From contig CAJINV010000003.1 in assembly GCA_905178155.1 (NCBI GenBank), positions 1-64,000 of the forward strand: a DNA stretch of 64,000 nucleotides, in the 5' to 3' direction. Source of the stretch: Amoebophrya sp. A120. Its lineage: Eukaryota; Protista; Dinoflagellata. Below the pieces are notes generated by a model. The model was not told the DNA's origin. It saw nothing but the letters and a program-made list of their open reading frames with translations, and searched no databases. The translations under genes were made by a program, and so were the position numbers. The stretch's first letter is position 1, and every line of letters starts with the position of its first letter. Below, in pieces: positions 61,658 through 64,000 of the stretch.

Positions 61658-64000
61658 CTGTGTGTTTGCTGTCCGTGGAGACTTTCGCCCAGGAGGAGAA
61701 TGGGAGCTACTACCATGCGAAGGATGAGAGATGGTTGAAAGATTTCAGCGGGTACAAGCATAGGGTCAATATTGTGAAGCGGCTGCCTTGTGTCGGGTTT
61801 TACCTGATGGATGGCGATGCTATCGCAAATTTGGTTTCCAATACGAATTTCGGCTGTTCTGCGCTGCGATTACATTTCGGAGCTCAGGGGATCAAGGTGC
61901 ATTGTCCTGAGTGCGCGCTCAGCAAGAGTTACGGGAGCCACTCGCACCGGAAGAAGCGACCTGTCGCGTACCTCCATGAAAATTGGATGGATCAGGTCGA
62001 GACGGACTCCTTCTCCGGCGGGCTACCGCCTAGCATGGATGGGAGTACGATCTGCATCACCATCCGAGACAGTTATACTGATTGGCTGGAGCCTTTCGGC
62101 ATCAAGTCCCAGGATGAGTGTGGTGAAGCGTTGAAGAAGTTTTGCACTCAAGTAGGCAAGCCAAAAGCCTCGCGCTGCGACAATGAGCCAGTCCTGAAAG
62201 GGGTGAATGGTCCTTGGAGGGCAGCTTGCAGGGAGCTCGGTATTGTTGCTGGCCACAGCATCATCCGGGAGCCGCAAACCAACGGGAACGCTGAGCGGTG
62301 GCATAGGGCTCTTGGGGATGGTCTTCGGGCTAACCTTCAAGGGGTAGATCCTCGGCTTTGGGATTGGTGTGCGCGCTACGTCGCTCACATCAAGAACAGG
62401 CTGCAGCGCAAGACCAATGCCCTAGCTCCTTACTACAAGAGGCTTCAGCGGGCCGCTGAATGCAATTACTTCAGGCGTTTCGGATGCGTGGCCTACGTGA
62501 AAACGCATGTCCACGACGATCCGCAGAAGGTTCCAAAACTGGCGGACAGGTATGAGAAAGGTGTTTTTCTCGGCTATAGTCGTGCAAGCTCCTCGTATCT
62601 GGTCGGTGTCTTTCACAAGAATGACAATTGCCGGGATGGGCAGAGATTTTGTGTGATCGAGTCAAAATCCGTAAAGTTCGATGAGGATACTCTCGCGCCG
62701 GATGTGACAACGCTGCGCAAGTCGTTAGAAGGGTCGCCAGAGTTCCGACCTCCTGCTGATCTTGACCCAGCCGAGGCAGTTGGGAGGCGCCTAGCCCTTC
62801 GATCTGCGTTGGATGGAGTCGTAGAGAGGCTAGAGGGAGTTTCTGTGGGGGCTTCGAAAGACGACGAGCCAGCGCCAAAGCGTCGGAAGCTGGACAAAGC
62901 CGCTGACGATGCTAAGCAGCAACAAGAGCTGCTACCACCGGAGACGGCTGGCGATGGTTCGCCAAAATCTCCTGGTCAAAAGGACCTGCCTGATCAGCAG
63001 GGCGCCGGAGATGGCCCAAAAGACCAACAAGCGGAACAACCCGCAGGACCTTCAGGAAAAGGCCCCGACTGCACTGATCTTATCGATGACGAGCTCAACC
63101 CATTCAAATGGCGTCAGAAGGGTGGAGTTCTCATAAAGGTGAGAAACAGGCGCGGGCGCCCGAAAGGTCTTACTCGCGACAAGTGTCCATATTGGCGAAA
63201 GCCTGGACGGAAATCCAAGCAGGACAAAACCGCTTCGGATATTGTTAGGCCCATTGGGGACCCGTCTAAGGATGAAAATCCGGAAGCGGCTGCAGCTGGA
63301 AATGGTGCGGGGGCAATTCTCGATTGGGATTTGGCTCAGTCCTTTTATTCAGTTTCAGAAAAGTCCAGAACCAAAGACGGCGACGCAGTTTGTTGGACAA
63401 TACAAGTTACAAGGAAAGAGGCACTTGAGGGGCCAGATGCCGCCAAGTGGTTGGAAGCTGATACGCTAGAGCGTACGCAGCTGGAAGCGCTTAAGTGCTG
63501 GCGACCGCTTGAAGATGGTGAGTTCACTGACCAGGATGAGGTAGCTCCTTCGGTGGTGATATACACTCGTAAGAGGTGCGGAAAGTACAGAGCTCGCTTG
63601 GTTGCGCTTGGTAACAGGCAAACCAAAGTGATGAAAGCTGAGATCTTTTCTCCCACTGTCTCACACGCTGCTACTCGTTCCTTGCTTGTAGATGCTGCGG
63701 CATCGGGGAAATTTGTTGAGGGCTTTGATATTTCAAACGCTTTCATCAGATCGACCCTTGAGGATTCTGATCGAGTTTTCGTCAGACTTCCACAGCACTG
63801 GAGTGCTGACCCACGCGGGGACCGTGTTAGATTGTTAAAATCTCTCTACGGCCTGCGGTGTGCACCTCGAAAGTGGTATGACTGCTATTCGAAATACTTG
63901 CTGAGTGATGGCTGGAAGCGATCACCGCAAGAACCTGGTCTGTTCAAGAAGGGCAAGCTCACCTTGGCGATCTATGTCGATGATAGTTTTATCACTGGCC
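61609..64000 (+). CDS. pol: Copia pol (protease C-terminus, integrase, reverse transcriptase), in the -1 frame relative to gag, running off the window end
   Basis: LYHPSLTVCLLSV; integrase VETDSF..IRDSYT..RCDN..PQTNGNAER; RT KYRARLVALG, FDISNAF, LKSLYGLRCAPRKW, IYVDD. Confidence 0.92.

Larger units (their letters stand above)
59425..64000 (+). mobile_element. Ty1/copia LTR retrotransposon, truncated by window end (5' LTR tentatively ~59425-59671)
   Basis: Gag-PR-IN-RT order. The LTR boundary (tgtagg..cttaca) is a guess because the 3' LTR is outside the window. Confidence 0.85.

Overview
Eukaryotic genomic DNA with every well-supported gene on the + strand. Gene style and intron type suggest a syndinian dinoflagellate such as Amoebophrya (inference). 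The dominant signal is about 27 short (151-465 bp) non-coding elements from at least six terminal-inverted-repeat (TIR) families. Nearly all start TAT, end ATA and are flanked by a 5-bp direct repeat. Most sit inside coding sequence, including four in the conserved mitochondrial Hsp60 gene. Removing an element plus one repeat copy restores the reading frame, although most have no GT-AG boundaries and the same family occurs in both orientations within one gene. They behave as non-canonical, strand-symmetric introner-type introns and coexist with ordinary GT-AG introns. Other content: co-oriented hsp10 and hsp60; two tandem paralogous single-pass membrane proteins with different ectodomains (one has two PAN/apple-like modules) and a shared unrecognised cytoplasmic helical repeat; a PqiA-like membrane protein; a divergent kinase; several hypothetical genes; and a Ty1/copia retrotransposon running off the right edge with an unusual two-helix hydrophobic insert between gag and protease. 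Coordinates were read by eye; no searches were run.
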